Assembly: GCA_937996685.1 (NCBI GenBank)
Contig: CALKUP010000006.1
Span: forward strand, 64,001 to 128,000
Origin: an uncultured bacterium
GTDB lineage: Bacteria > Patescibacteriota > Patescibacteriia > UBA9570 > XYC2-FULL-38-9
Length of the DNA stretch: 64,000 nucleotides
Direction of reading: 5' to 3'
The notes under the pieces were generated by a model. The model was not told the DNA's origin. It saw only the letters and a program-made list of their open reading frames with translations, and searched no databases. Positions within the stretch are counted from its first letter, which is position 1, and every line of letters begins with the position of its first letter. Below are positions 63,347-64,000 of this stretch, piece by piece. Both the position numbers and the translations under genes were made by a program.

Positions 63347-64000
63347 ATGAAATATTCCATCGTCGTCCCAGTCTTTAATGAAGAAGGAAACGTCTCTGTG
63401 CTCCACGCGGAAATCGTCACCGCAATGAATCAATTACCAGAACACTTGTCTGGTGGCTATGAAATTATTTTTATTGATGACGGCAGTTCAGATAAAACCG
63501 TTGAAATTCTCCGCAATCTTTCCCCTGTTACTGTTATTGAACTGCGCAAAAACTTCGGACAAACTGCAGCAATGGACGCTGGCATCAAACACGCTGTCGG
63601 CGACGTTATCATCACACTCGACGGCGATGGACAAAACCCACCAAGCGATATTGTGAAACTCCTTGAAACAATGAAAGACGGTGGCTTTGACATCGTTTCA
63701 GGTTGGCGCAAAGATCGACACGACCCGTTCATGAAACGCTTCACCTCTCGTGGCGCAAATATTTTACGCGGGATTTTGGTCAAAGACGAAATTCATGATT
63801 CTGGCTGCAGCTTGAAAGCCTACCGCGCCAGCGTGCTCAAGCGCGTCAGTCTGTACGGTGAAATGCACCGATTCATTCCCGCCTGGATGGCCACGGTGAC
63901 CTCGCCTGCTCGCATGTCGGAAGTGGCTGTGAGCCACCATGCACGCACACGCGGAGAGTCCAAATACGGCATCTCTCGCACCCTGCGTGTGGTGCTGGAC
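63347..64000 (+). CDS. Glycosyltransferase family 2 (polyprenol-phosphate GT, ArnC/DPM-like), partial
   Basis: Manual translation MKYSIVVPVFNEEGN...IDDGSSD...RKNFGQTAA...LDGDGQNPP...GCSLKAYR...GEMHRFIP...SKYG; runs off the window. Confidence 0.92.
   Translation, partial: MKYSIVVPVFNEEGNVSVLHAEIVTAMNQLPEHLSGGYEIIFIDDGSSDKTVEILRNLSPVTVIELRKNFGQTAAMDAGIKHAVGDVIITLDGDGQNPPSDIVKLLETMKDGGFDIVSGWRKDRHDPFMKRFTSRGANILRGILVKDEIHDSGCSLKAYRASVLKRVSLYGEMHRFIPAWMATVTSPARMSEVAVSHHARTRGESKYGISRTLRVVLD

Noticed and set aside
1-64000. CRISPR array, DGR (RT/TR-VR), integrase, transposase, prophage
   Set aside because: No regularly spaced repeats, no RT motifs or adenine-variant repeat pair, and no recombinase, DDE or phage structural ORFs were seen
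1-64000. Alternative genetic code (UGA=Gly/Trp)
   Set aside because: Conserved genes are full length in code 11 and TGA ends several ORFs at expected positions

Overview
A 64-kb, moderately AT-rich bacterial chromosome segment in standard code 11. It looks like Patescibacteria/CPR, plausibly ABY1/Kerfeldbacteria-like. That assignment is inferred from the GASC-type lipobox, archaeal-type pyrH, tRNAs without encoded CCA, many apparently leaderless genes and large secreted FG-GAP/CSLREA/DUF5011 proteins. Housekeeping content: rplJL with L10 leader, rpmG, tRNA-Trp/Thr/Tyr, rlmN, pyrH, mltG, uppP and a CoaD-CoaE fusion. There is a large glycan toolkit (five GT4, GT87, GT2, GtrA, rmlABCD, manC, UXS-like and UDP-GlcA epimerase-like). 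A low-GC defence island lies downstream of tRNA-Trp (GIY-YIG/RAMA-like nuclease, HsdR, fused HsdM-HsdS, HEPN-motif protein). Three conspicuously GC-rich, Shine-Dalgarno-led genes are present (GT4, GuaB1, divergent HAM1). The best candidate for an undescribed system is at 48.7-51.7 kb: a Sec-secreted precursor whose acidic pro-domain ends in YPVNADP and carries a 90-aa cationic amphipathic tip, followed by five small AT-rich membrane genes (polymorphic toxin/bacteriocin plus poly-immunity architecture). Other highlights are a shared C-terminal domain on two secreted FG-GAP proteins, a 21-bp direct repeat bracketing a frameshifted adhesin gene, two divergent genes sharing one CATATG, several candidate structured RNAs and a probably chimeric last ~200 bp. 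No CRISPR, integrase, transposase or reverse transcriptase was seen. All family calls come from motif recognition by eye and GC statements are visual estimates.
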